From an uncultured delta proteobacterium (lineage in GTDB: Bacteria; Desulfobacterota; Desulfobacteria; Desulfobacterales; Desulfatirhabdiaceae): 64,000 nucleotides of DNA. Location of the stretch: contig CAWBKP010000014.1 of NCBI GenBank assembly GCA_963789395.1, forward strand, positions 224,001 through 288,000. The letters run 5' to 3'. Below are positions 54,802 through 64,000 of this stretch, piece after piece. The position numbers and the translations under genes are program-made. Below the pieces are notes generated by a model that saw only the letters and a program-made list of their open reading frames with translations, was not told where the DNA came from and searched no databases. Position 1 is the stretch's first letter. Every line of letters begins with the position of its first letter.

Positions 54802-55176
54802 TCATTTAGCCAGAACATGATTTGTTGTCACATCAGCAATCAATTTATTGCCTTCACCGAACACTGTTGTCCTTACAATACTCACTGTCTTACCTTTCTT
54901 AATGAAGGAGGACACCGCCTTGAAGGTACCCTCAGGCTGGTTGCTGGCAAAATTGCCATTCAGATTAATGGCCAGCGGAAACCCCTTCTGTCCCTCGGCC
55001 GCATGAGGAGATCCTAACACCAGAACAGTTGCGCAAACATCTGCTAACCACAGTATTGCCCCGACATGAACAACTCCATAAGGGTTTTTTATGCCTGTGT
55101 GAATAGGCATTTCTCCTGTGACTTTATCTTTGGACTGTTCGATAATTGAGAATTGAATTGATCCTTCAAATTCCAT
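54802..55176 (-). CDS. PaaI family hot-dog thioesterase
   Basis: NPYGVVHVGAILWLAD. Confidence 0.85.
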   Translation of the reverse strand: MEFEGSIQFSIIEQSKDKVTGEMPIHTGIKNPYGVVHVGAILWLADVCATVLVLGSPHAAEGQKGFPLAINLNGNFASNQPEGTFKAVSSFIKKGKTVSIVRTTVFGEGNKLIADVTTNHVLAK

Positions 55177-55197
55177 ATCTCATCCTTTCGATTGAGT

Positions 55198-55917
55198 TCA
55201 AACTCTCGGGTTTTCTTCACAATTCTTCCCCGTCAAGGCCTGCACAAACAGGGTTACCAATACAGCTAAAGACTCAAAATCGATCAATTGCGTCGCATTG
55301 CGATCGAACAACAGGGTAGTCCGGGCAGGAAATTCTTCGTCTCGGTCATAGAAAATAAGCTGTAGTAAAATGTGCGGAAGCAAATCAAAGATTATGCTGA
55401 TCGAACCCAATCCAGCGTCCCCACCTTGATTGCCCCCGATAGCCGCCGCGACTGATAACAATTCTGGAACACGAGCTTGAAAGCACCTTGTGATGGGACG
55501 TTCTAAGGCGCTCTTGGAATAACTACCTTGCTTGAACAAAGGCCCGGCAAGCTCTGCAAAAGTTACAAACTGTCCGAATGGTCGGCTGCGACTGGCTTTC
55601 AAAATGTAATGGATCAGTGCACTTCCAGTAACATATGAGACTTTTTGGCCATCGAATCTCCGTACACCATCATTGGATACCAGGTAGTTGACGCCTAAAA
55701 ACGAGACCTCAGCCTCCCCCGCATCGTTAAGTTGAAGATTAAGGTGTTCTGCTGAGGTGGCAATATCCGCAGATGATAGATGTGTGAGAAGATCCTCATA
55801 AATCCATTTATGGCCGCCAATGGCTTTTGATTCTTTCAAATATGATCCTCGTTCGTTTATACTCAAGGGTTCCTGAACAAAACAAAATTCAGCGTTAGCA
55901 GCAACTTGATCTTCCAT
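55198..55917 (-). CDS. DUF3786 domain protein
   Basis: LIHYIL, FVTFAEL.G, LP.I.L.LIF...DEEFPA....LFD. Confidence 0.75.
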   Translation of the reverse strand: MEDQVAANAEFCFVQEPLSINERGSYLKESKAIGGHKWIYEDLLTHLSSADIATSAEHLNLQLNDAGEAEVSFLGVNYLVSNDGVRRFDGQKVSYVTGSALIHYILKASRSRPFGQFVTFAELAGPLFKQGSYSKSALERPITRCFQARVPELLSVAAAIGGNQGGDAGLGSISIIFDLLPHILLQLIFYDRDEEFPARTTLLFDRNATQLIDFESLAVLVTLFVQALTGKNCEENPRV

Positions 55918-55972
55918 GGGGCAATATCGCTTTCACATACCAAAACACACTTGGTCACGGTTTTCTTCGCAA

Positions 55973-57037
55973 TTACTTTGGAATAGATCGCGCCATTCCC
56001 TTCACGATCATAACTTCTTTATTGCTATTCAGCCTTGCCTTTTCTTCCGCCCTGGAGCCTGCTGTAACGTATACGCGCTCCTGACGGTCCTTGAGGGGCT
56101 TAAGTATCCTTTCGATATGTTCTTTCTTGTTTTCATGATAATAGCTTTTGACTTCTTCTCCCGCAGGGCAAACGGCCATGCAATAGCTGCACCGGTAGCT
56201 CATCCGAAACATTAATGACTGCCACATGAAGCCCGTCTCTCGATCATCGAAATGAGAATTGTATTCCTCCAGATTCTGAGATGTGACGATGGCTTCCACC
56301 AGATTATTAAACCCGGTGAAATTGTCTCGGTACGTGTGAGTTGAGCAGGCCATGAAATCAAAAAGTTGGCCTTTGGTGATCGCTCCAGTGGGGCATACAG
56401 CAGCGCAAAGGTTACACTTGATGCAGGGGTTATCCTTAAGGGGAAGATCATATTCATCAAACACCCCATTTACCAGAATACTTTCCAATTGAATGCAACT
56501 GCCATATTTCGGGTGAAGAACGAGCCGGCTTATCCCCATGTGTCCCAGACCAGCCTCCACGGCCATTATCTTGTGGCTTACGTCCCATATTTTCCCTGGA
56601 TATCGATCCATAGCCATGGGCCATCCCTTGTTGACGACGGCCCCCCGAATACCCAATTGATTCAGGCGGCGAAGGATCTCGCGAGAGACGCTAGAAATCT
56701 TATCCCCCGTGTGATGAAATTCTTCATTGGCCACATAGCGGGCCGGGCTCTGAATGTTCTCGCGGTTATTGACCACGATGACGGAAATGATACTCCGCGT
56801 AAGGGGATAGATGTATAGCATTCCATCCCGTTCCTTTTCTATCGATTCCCGTGCCATATCCACCAGGCCCACATCGTCGGCCCCGGCTTCCAGACATATT
56901 TTTTTGACCACCTCGGCGGCGTAGATGCTTGCTCCTTGAGCTTTATCATTTTGCAGCATATTCTTACCTCGACTTCTTCCTGTCTTGTTCTGGTTTTCCC
57001 TTTTTCCCATCAATTCATTCTTCACGCTTTCTTCCAT
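55973..57037 (-). CDS. Epoxyqueuosine reductase/reductive dehalogenase-like 4Fe-4S protein
   Basis: GADDVG, SHK..AV.AGLG.MG..RLVLHPKYG, CIKCNLCAAVCPTGAI, CSYCMAVCP. Confidence 0.8.
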   Translation of the reverse strand: MEESVKNELMGKRENQNKTGRSRGKNMLQNDKAQGASIYAAEVVKKICLEAGADDVGLVDMARESIEKERDGMLYIYPLTRSIISVIVVNNRENIQSPARYVANEEFHHTGDKISSVSREILRRLNQLGIRGAVVNKGWPMAMDRYPGKIWDVSHKIMAVEAGLGHMGISRLVLHPKYGSCIQLESILVNGVFDEYDLPLKDNPCIKCNLCAAVCPTGAITKGQLFDFMACSTHTYRDNFTGFNNLVEAIVTSQNLEEYNSHFDDRETGFMWQSLMFRMSYRCSYCMAVCPAGEEVKSYYHENKKEHIERILKPLKDRQERVYVTAGSRAEEKARLNSNKEVMIVKGMARSIPK

Positions 57038-57130
57038 GATCCTTAAATTAGCACTTGAAAAGGAAGGAAGAAAGTGGCATAAATGACAAAAATCATGCAG
57101 AATCGGCCATGAGGCCGTGGGGAGAGAATA

Positions 57131-58186
57131 ATGGCAAGGATGACCTTTTTGGCGGCAGAAGGCTGTCTCTTTTCGGGCATAAGTGGCTTGATCGACGCCT
57201 TTTCCATTGCGAACTTATGGTATCGGGCCTTGAACAAAGACAGATCGGATTCGCTATTCGAGACGGAAATCGTTACAGTGAAGGGAGAGATGGTAAGTGC
57301 CCACGGTGGAATCCGTGTTCACCCTGATGGGGCCTTAGAGGACGTCAATCAGACGGACTTGATCCTTATCCCCGCATTCCTCCCTGTGGACCAACCTCTG
57401 ACGCAGAAAGCAGGGGAAATTTCGGAGTGGCTGATCGATAGATACCAGAGGAGAACAAACATCGCCGCCATGTGCACCGGCACTTTTATGCTGGCGGAAA
57501 CCGGGCTTCTCAACGGGAAAATCGCGACGACCAACTGGCAGTTTGCCAGACGCTTTCAGCGCCGATATCCAAAGGTGCATCTCAGGATGGATCGGATCCT
57601 CACCGAGGAGGCCCGCCTCATCTGCACGGGGGCGGCCACATCCATGTACAACTTGGGACTACACCTTATCAGGTCTTTTGGATCCGAAGAGCTGGCATCC
57701 GTGTGCTCGAAGGCCTTGCTGGTTGACCCTAACCGGGACAGTCAGTCACCTTATTCTATTTTCAGCGTCAGGAAAGATCACGGCGATGGGAGTATATTGG
57801 AGACGCAGGAATGGATGCAAGAACACTACGCCGACAACATCACCATCGACGCCATTGCAAGGGAAGCAGGGATCAGCCCCAGGCATTTTAAGCGGCGTTT
57901 CAGAAAAGCCACCGGGGATTCCCCCCTCGGCTATCTTCAGAATCTACGTATGGAGGCCGCGAAAAGGAAACTTGAGACAACGCTCGATAATGTAAACGAA
58001 ATCACTTTCCAGATCGGATACGAGGACAGCAGTACCTTTCGAAGACTCTTCAAGAGATATACCGGCATCTCTCCTATAGAGCCTACCGCGACAAGTTTTC
58101 GCAATCCAAGCACCCTCACATCGCTGCTGAGACCGGGAACGCTTGAGATTCCAAGGATTAGTTTCCTGGCAGATATAAGCAGGTGA
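57131..58186 (+). CDS. GlxA-family AraC regulator (DJ-1 plus HTH); frameshift near 58075 alters the C-terminus
   Basis: MCTGTF.LAETGLLNGK.ATT.W, R.F.RRF, GYED.S.FRRLFKR.TG.SP; expected AYRDKF continues in another frame to a stop at 58146. Confidence 0.88.
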   Translation: MARMTFLAAEGCLFSGISGLIDAFSIANLWYRALNKDRSDSLFETEIVTVKGEMVSAHGGIRVHPDGALEDVNQTDLILIPAFLPVDQPLTQKAGEISEWLIDRYQRRTNIAAMCTGTFMLAETGLLNGKIATTNWQFARRFQRRYPKVHLRMDRILTEEARLICTGAATSMYNLGLHLIRSFGSEELASVCSKALLVDPNRDSQSPYSIFSVRKDHGDGSILETQEWMQEHYADNITIDAIAREAGISPRHFKRRFRKATGDSPLGYLQNLRMEAAKRKLETTLDNVNEITFQIGYEDSSTFRRLFKRYTGISPIEPTATSFRNPSTLTSLLRPGTLEIPRISFLADISR

Positions 58187-58293
58187 GAATTGTATCTGGT
58201 AATCCTCGTCCTTCAGATTTTTTAGCGACCGAATATAATAGTAAATAGCTCTCTCGTTATAGAAAATATTTATACCACCATAGTCGGGTTAAT

Positions 58294-58785
58294 TCAGTTG
58301 TAATTTTCTCCGGAAACTGCCGGCCACGGCAGGCAGTTACAAAATCGACACAGTGAAAGCGAGTCTTTCATGTGTCGCGATTTCCAAGCACAGTATTTGC
58401 GATGACCGCTGTCTTTGGGTGAGTCGCTTCCCGGGTGTCGTACCTCGGGAGGATGGAGAGGTTCTCGAACCACAAAAGCCAGGTACTCCGAAACAATGGC
58501 GATATATTTGTCGTACCCAAGATTCCCAGTACAATTTTTCTTCATGTAGACGTTCATTCGGTTTCTGAAATCATCTATATTATTTTCTTTTACTTCACCA
58601 ATTATGGAGGACGGGTCCAGATACAACAACTCTTCGGAAACGGCAAGGTTGTGAGCGATGAGGGCGTCTTCAATAATTCCCGACTTTTGGGCGGCCCGAT
58701 CCTGCCGGGCTTTGGCGAATACCTGATCTTTCAGAAGGGAAGATAATCTGTGTTGCAGGTCTTTAACAAGCTGTGACGTGTTCAT
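58294..58785 (-). CDS. DUF2115 (UPF0305)-like protein
   Basis: YL.FV.REPLHP....PG, KYC..K......SLCRFC.C. Confidence 0.65.
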   Translation of the reverse strand: MNTSQLVKDLQHRLSSLLKDQVFAKARQDRAAQKSGIIEDALIAHNLAVSEELLYLDPSSIIGEVKENNIDDFRNRMNVYMKKNCTGNLGYDKYIAIVSEYLAFVVREPLHPPEVRHPGSDSPKDSGHRKYCAWKSRHMKDSLSLCRFCNCLPWPAVSGENYN

Positions 58786-58908
58786 GAGTCTTCGTCGCTT
58801 TCTAAATTCAGGGCTGTCGAAACTATATCGCATGATCTCAATCGATGGAGATACCTGACAAGCTCAGTCGTACTCGCGAGTGATTCTGCTGACCACAAAT
58901 CGACAGGA

Positions 58909-59910
58909 TTAATTTTTATATTCCTTTATTGCCCTTACAAAAGCTTCTATGTTTTCGATTTTAGCGGGAGGGTAGATGTCCGCACGTGGACCCACAGCCG
59001 TAAAACCCATGTCCAGACAGCGATGGACATTTTCAGTGATCTCGGCCGGCGTGGCGTTCGCCAACATGTCGTAACCGCCGCACTCGCTAAACAGCGGCAT
59101 CCCTTCGGGTAGGCGTTCTCTAACATCTTCCATACAGCAGTCCCTGTCGAGGAACATTCCATCTGGTTCACATGCCAGCATGAAATCGACAACCTTCAGA
59201 GAGTTGCCGGAAATATGAATAATTTGAGGAAGTTTCTTAGGCCTGAAAATATCCTGCAAAAAGGGTAATATCAGTTTGTTGAATATTTTTGGAGAAACGG
59301 AGGCACCGGCACCTTCGACGACAATCATGAAATCGACGCCTGCGTGCAAGTAAACATCAATCAATTTAAGAATGAATCCCGTCAGCTGCTTGAAAATTCT
59401 CCGGGTTTTGTTCTGGTGTTTCAGCAATGCCAAATAAAGCGCGTCTATATCCAGCACCTGACCAGCCAGTGTAAACGGACCGGGCAGGAAGATTCCTACC
59501 GGGCCTATTGCTCGGGTATCTTCTTTGACGGCACGGATGCTCTTGAGAATGGCCGGCATCCGGCCTTTTTCCGGCAGATCCTCGGGGATGTCGATATCGT
59601 CATTCACGGAGAAAGGTTTGTTTCCAATGGTAGGATACACCGGATTGCCGTCCACGGCATCGTGATATCGCACCTCGGCGCCAAGGATCTCCGCTTCCAC
59701 ATTCATATCAAATGGTAGCACCGTCGATTCAAACCCAAACTCAAAGCTCATGAGAGCGGCTTCGGTCATGGCCTTATGCTCCCCCATAATGGAATTAAAC
59801 GGCAATCCCCTTTCCCGGATGCGGGTCAAAGGTAAAAAGGGACCGAGATGGAACGTTGATATGTTTCCTTTTCGGTATGTTTCCATTAGTTGTATGAGCG
59901 AATTATTCAT
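58909..59910 (-). CDS. Uroporphyrinogen decarboxylase / MtaA-like methyltransferase family protein
   Basis: PFD..VEAE.LG, GRMP.I, GPFTLA, SP..F, IHISG, EN..AFV. Confidence 0.85.
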   Translation of the reverse strand: MNNSLIQLMETYRKGNISTFHLGPFLPLTRIRERGLPFNSIMGEHKAMTEAALMSFEFGFESTVLPFDMNVEAEILGAEVRYHDAVDGNPVYPTIGNKPFSVNDDIDIPEDLPEKGRMPAILKSIRAVKEDTRAIGPVGIFLPGPFTLAGQVLDIDALYLALLKHQNKTRRIFKQLTGFILKLIDVYLHAGVDFMIVVEGAGASVSPKIFNKLILPFLQDIFRPKKLPQIIHISGNSLKVVDFMLACEPDGMFLDRDCCMEDVRERLPEGMPLFSECGGYDMLANATPAEITENVHRCLDMGFTAVGPRADIYPPAKIENIEAFVRAIKEYKN

Positions 59911-59923
59911 TTCATTTCCGCAA

Positions 59924-60556
59924 TTACCCGATTTGTTTTTTTTGGGCAGAGCATTTTTGTTGATTCCGATCCAACGCATCTAATAAAATGTTTTTTAGAC
60001 CTTCAAGGCCTATATCCTTGCTTTCGAGAATCGGCAGACCGGTATGGTCTGCAATAAAGTCGATCTTTGACTGGTAATCGTCCAGATCCCCCATGGCGTC
60101 TAAAAGAATAATACCGTCGAGCATGCCGAACATCCCCTGGGTTTTTTCTCTGCTTTCCCCCTTTATTTTCTCTACAAATCGGATAAAAGATTGATTTAAA
60201 AATAAATATTTATGATCTGGGTCTATCTCCAGAAGTTTCCCCTTGCCGCCGAGCAGGCAGTCGATACAGTTCAACGCATCAACCTTGATAGCATCATACT
60301 TGTCGATCAACTGTTTCATTTCACCGTTAAATCCCAGGCAGACATCGCCGTAAACAACGACGACACCCCGATGGCTCTCCTTTTGAAGTTTTTTGAGTGC
60401 ACCGTTAAGCCCGCGTCTCAGAAGATTGTAGTCCATATGCAGTTTTTCACTCAGGAAATAGGTATCCACGTCGATATCGCCTTTTGCCTGGAGACACTCG
60501 ATCTCTTTGCGCAAAATACCGCATGAGATAACAAGGGGTTTTTCTCCACGTTCCAT
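59924..60556 (-). CDS. DUF1638 domain protein
   Basis: ISCGIL..E, LH, VYGD.C, NCIDCLLGG. Confidence 0.8.
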   Translation of the reverse strand: MERGEKPLVISCGILRKEIECLQAKGDIDVDTYFLSEKLHMDYNLLRRGLNGALKKLQKESHRGVVVVYGDVCLGFNGEMKQLIDKYDAIKVDALNCIDCLLGGKGKLLEIDPDHKYLFLNQSFIRFVEKIKGESREKTQGMFGMLDGIILLDAMGDLDDYQSKIDFIADHTGLPILESKDIGLEGLKNILLDALDRNQQKCSAQKKQIG

Positions 60557-60640
60557 CTGAGACTCCAATTTGGGGTTCAAAGGCTAAAAAGCCGACAGAC
60601 AAAGCATCCGTTGCCGGCTGTCGGCATATACTGGCAGTTT

Positions 60641-61062
60641 CTATGCAATCGAAACAATCAGTTTTTCCTGATCCTTTTCCACCGGATAACGGGTTATCGG
60701 GTGAGGCGTAGGGCCGAAGATTTTATTTCCACCTGAATCGTAAGTCGACTTGTTAACGCTGCAGCACTGCACCGTGTCGGTTCCGGGAACCGGATCCAAA
60801 CGGCGATGGCCCAAATGGGTGCACCGATTGTGAAACGCACGATACTCTCCGTCCTCTCCGTAAACAACCAGCACCCGTTTGGGAAGGTTTTTACCTTCAA
60901 ACCGGATTGCGCCACCGGGACTTTTCAATTCCGATACCTTACCCAAATCGATGGTCAGTTTTCCATCTGCATAATTCCAGCAGCCTTCTATTCCAGGTTT
61001 GGTGGTCGCCGATATACCCAACAACGCTGAAAAAAACTTCTTTTCAAGAATTTTATGCCCAT
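60641..61062 (-). CDS. Rieske-like [2Fe-2S] domain protein (frameshift near 61025)
   Basis: CTHLG..CCSV..S.Y; ATG 61062 reads MGIKFLKRSFFQR and needs one extra T to join LLGISAT. Confidence 0.7.
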
Positions 61063-61093
61063 GTTTTCTTCCCCATTAGATAAGTATTTCTTG

Positions 61094-61136
61094 TAAGTAT
61101 CCCCCGGCAGAGCCGGGGGGTTACCCATTATTAATT
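61094..61136. mobile_element. GC hairpin resembling an IS200/IS605-type terminal palindrome or REP, no transposase nearby
   Basis: CCCCCGGC-AGA-GCCGGGGG at 61101-61119 in AT-rich DNA. Confidence 0.4.
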
Positions 61137-61409
61137 ATGTTTTGATTGAGAGCATCACGAGTCTGCCAAAAATACAGATTTCATCGTACCCATAGTCAAC
61201 CATAGTTGCATAGATTGCTGAGTCAAACCATCATTATTGACACAAAAGGTATTCATAAGAAAACCGGACTGTTGATATTTCTGTTTGGGATCATTAATCT
61301 TAAGAAGAGTCGGTAACTTCACAAAAAAAAGATCCTTTTCTGGCCCGGCTAAACGAGCTTAGCGAATTGTCCAATTTATTGGGAATCAATTTACAATTCA
61401 ATCAATTGG

Positions 61410-62045
61410 TTATCTTATAAAATTGGTTATAACTTTTTGGACTGGAGCCGGAGCCGGCAATGTATTTATAGTCTGCTCCCGCATCTTTAGAAGCCAGACC
61501 ATATTATTACCCACGACTTCCATTATTTGAACACCTTCCTCATCTTTAATGACTTCCCCGGGTATCCTTCCATGGATTACATTCCAGTAATTTGATGTTG
61601 TAAGTATCATTTCAGAATAAGCAAGAAAATGATACAAACTATCCAAAGTTGCTGAACCGCCAGTACGCCGAACAGCAACGATTGCAGTTGCAATTTTATG
61701 TCGGAACAACCCACCGTTACTTGAAGATACGTAAAACGCGCGGTCCAGAAAACATTTCATTGTACCTGCGACTCCAGAAAAATGGACAGGAGAGCCCAGA
61801 ATAAGCCCGTCAGCAGCTTTAATGCTTTGAATCCATTTGTTAAGAGAGTCAGTCGTAATTGAACATTTTTCGTCCTTATTTTCCCTGCATTTTCCGCAAG
61901 CAATGCAGCCTCGTATCGATTTATTGCCTATGTGAATAATTTCGAAATTAATATCGTTTTCTTTAAGCTTGGCTCCGATAATCTTAAGGGCATGAAAAGT
62001 ATTACCTTCCTTGTTGGGGCTTCCATTTATTGCAATTACTTTCAT
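61410..62045 (-). CDS. Iron-sulfur flavoprotein / flavodoxin family
   Basis: INGSP...GNT, GCIACGKC.....C, GSPVHF, RR.GG, S.YWN..HG; AGGAG RBS. Confidence 0.92.
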   Translation of the reverse strand: MKVIAINGSPNKEGNTFHALKIIGAKLKENDINFEIIHIGNKSIRGCIACGKCRENKDEKCSITTDSLNKWIQSIKAADGLILGSPVHFSGVAGTMKCFLDRAFYVSSSNGGLFRHKIATAIVAVRRTGGSATLDSLYHFLAYSEMILTTSNYWNVIHGRIPGEVIKDEEGVQIMEVVGNNMVWLLKMREQTINTLPAPAPVQKVITNFIR

Positions 62046-62596
62046 AAAAAACTCCTTTTTATATGCTATAAGATAGTTTTGTTAATTGGCCGACGACGGT
62101 ACCGAGGCCCCAAGTCTGGACAGCTGGATGGGGTAAATGAGCTCTAAGTTGGTTTGAAAATGGAAACATCAAGCGGTTTTGGCAGGTTGAATTTGGTTGT
62201 AAAATATTTCATCAGGTCTCAATCTTGTCAAAAGACTGATGCCCACTGACTTTTGAATCCTTACATATATCAGAAAGTATTTATTTCAGGATTTTTTTTC
62301 ATGAATACTTTGAGTATCTCTAACCATAGCCGAACTGGCCGGCGGTCGTCAAAACATTTCAAAGGTGATGCTGCTGCATTCTGACCTTTCAACGATACAG
62401 ATTTATCAGGGAAAAGTCAGCGATGTTTAAGGCATAATGTTGGTCGACAATCTCCGAGGGTAATTTTGGCGATAGCCGAGTCGGGATCTTTGGCATCGGG
62501 TCGGTTATTTCGAAGGACCTACCCATTAATCAAGAATTGCATTGGTATCCATGAGAAAATCGGCCTGTGAATACTCAACATTTGGATAACAAAATT

Positions 62597-62653
62597 GTTG
62601 AACGTGCAGATCACCAGCGGCTGTTATCCGTCCGGTGGATTGCGGGGTTAGAC
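62597..62653 (-). mobile_element. attC-like integron cassette recombination site (57 bp)
   Basis: GTCTAAC-CCCGCA-ATCCACCG...TGGTGAT-CTGCAC-GTTCAAC: R'' perfect RYYYAAC, L''/L' pair with an extra C, R' GTT core. Confidence 0.6.
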
Positions 62654-62693
62654 CCTGGATAGCGGCTCATACATTTATTTATCGATTTCGGTC

Positions 62694-62910
62694 TTAAAAT
62701 AAATTTTCAAAGATTCTTATGTTATCAAAACGGAGGGGATATTTACCATCTTCAATACCATGTATAATTTCTACAACCAAATCGTTGAACGGAGTAGGGA
62801 CATCATATTTATCTCCATACTTACATACCACTCCGTTAATCGAATCAATTTCGCACCCCCGACCTTTTTCAAGGTCTTGCAGCATGATTGCTTTTAATAA
62901 TCTATGTTTG
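62694..62910 (-). pseudogene. panE: C-terminal fragment of ketopantoate reductase
   Basis: KHRLLKAIMLQDLEKGRGCEIDSINGVV...VPTPFN; in-frame stop just upstream, N-terminal domain absent. Confidence 0.7.
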
Positions 62911-63047
62911 CCCTTCCTTTATTGGACAACAGAATTTCTTTGATGCTGGGCTTAATTTTCATGATATCCTCCCTGAAGCAATGAATCTTCCAGTTTATCG
63001 AGACCAGACCTTTCCCTCGCAATCCAATGAGAGCTTTGTCTTGATCG

Positions 63048-64000
63048 TCACACTGCTTCATTATTCTCTATACGCGGATCGACAACCACAATGGTAATTC
63101 CCTTTGCTTTTAGGATCAGCCGCTCGACAATCGTTTTTCTTCCCAGCCAGTTCTTCCAGAAAGGCAGCGGGCTTGGGCGGCCGATGACAATATGTCCCAC
63201 GCGGTATTCCCTGGCAAAGTGCAGAATCGTATCTGCAATGTCCTCCCCTTTGTAGGTAAAAACCATGGCACCCAGTGAGTTGGCCAGCGTCAGGGTATCC
63301 GACAGAAAGCGCTGGGTGGTTGCGTCAATCACGGTAGGAGCTTCACTTGGCGTTTGTATATAGACTGCATACCAGTCACGGTTCAGGCGTCCGGCAAGCC
63401 GGGACCCGTAACGAAGCAGCATAGCACTGTTGGGTCCTCGCGAGCTCAGACACACCATCACCTGATCGGGGACAATATGCTGTTCCTCTTTGGGGGCACT
63501 GCGGCGTTTGATATCCAGCTGTGAAGCCAGTTCTCGAAGCGTCAGCTCCCGAAGCTCATCCAGGTTGCTGCGCTGGAAGAAATGATCAAGGGCCGTGGAC
63601 ACCCGCTCTTTGGGATAAACCTTGCCTTCACGCAGGCGTTGCTGCAGATCCTGTGTCGCCAGGTCCACATTCACAATTTCATCGGCGTCAAAAAGAACGG
63701 AATCCGGCAGCCTTTCGTGCACTTTAACCCCCACAAGTGCTTCAACCGTGTCATAAAGGCTTTCCAGATGCTGGATGTTAAGTGTGCTGATTACGTGAAT
63801 ACCCGCATCCAGAAGTATCTGCACGTCCTGATAGCGTTTGAGGTTTTTCCCGCCTGGGGCATTGGTATGGGCCAGCTCATCCACCAGAGCCACTTCTGGC
63901 TTACGGGCCAGAACCGCATCCATGTCCATCTCGTCAATCATGATTCCGTGATATTGAATCCGACGCCGCGGAATGACTTCAAGACCTTCGACAAGCTCTG
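63048..64000 (-). CDS. kdpD: KdpD N-terminal sensor plus USP domain protein (5' end outside the window; no kinase domain)
   Basis: EMD.DAVL.RKP.VALVDELAHTNAPG, KRYQDV, T.NIQHLESL, LREL.LR, USP domain. Confidence 0.85.
   Translation of the reverse strand, partial: ELVEGLEVIPRRRIQYHGIMIDEMDMDAVLARKPEVALVDELAHTNAPGGKNLKRYQDVQILLDAGIHVISTLNIQHLESLYDTVEALVGVKVHERLPDSVLFDADEIVNVDLATQDLQQRLREGKVYPKERVSTALDHFFQRSNLDELRELTLRELASQLDIKRRSAPKEEQHIVPDQVMVCLSSRGPNSAMLLRYGSRLAGRLNRDWYAVYIQTPSEAPTVIDATTQRFLSDTLTLANSLGAMVFTYKGEDIADTILHFAREYRVGHIVIGRPSPLPFWKNWLGRKTIVERLILKAKGITIVVVDPRIENNEAV

Overview
Bacterial chromosomal window from an anaerobe; gene content suggests a Desulfobacterota-type sulfate reducer (inference). 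Left part (1-38 kb) is intact. It has a selenium/molybdenum-linked cluster (Sec-containing selD, mop, yedF, double-cubane reductase plus ATPase activator), ybaK, a split glutamate synthase-carA-carB-purF operon and several housekeeping genes. It ends in a minus-strand redox operon: metF2-hdrA(L)-mvhD-metV-metF-response regulator-hdrD/dsrK-like-two kinases. The ORF track breaks or omits four genes at in-frame UGA codons. Each UGA sits at a conserved Cys position and is followed by a SECIS-like hairpin, so selD, hdrA, mvhD and the hdrD-like gene are read here as selenoproteins. Right part (38-64 kb) is an accessory region: transporters, sigma-54 regulators, a GNAT/deacetylase pair, an exported-protein/MscS cluster and a corrinoid/methyltransferase-like cluster with a DUF2115 gene. 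It also has many single-base frameshifts, gene remnants, an attC-like site and a partial kdpD. No rRNA, tRNA or CRISPR array was seen. All family calls are by eye from motifs; no database search was run.
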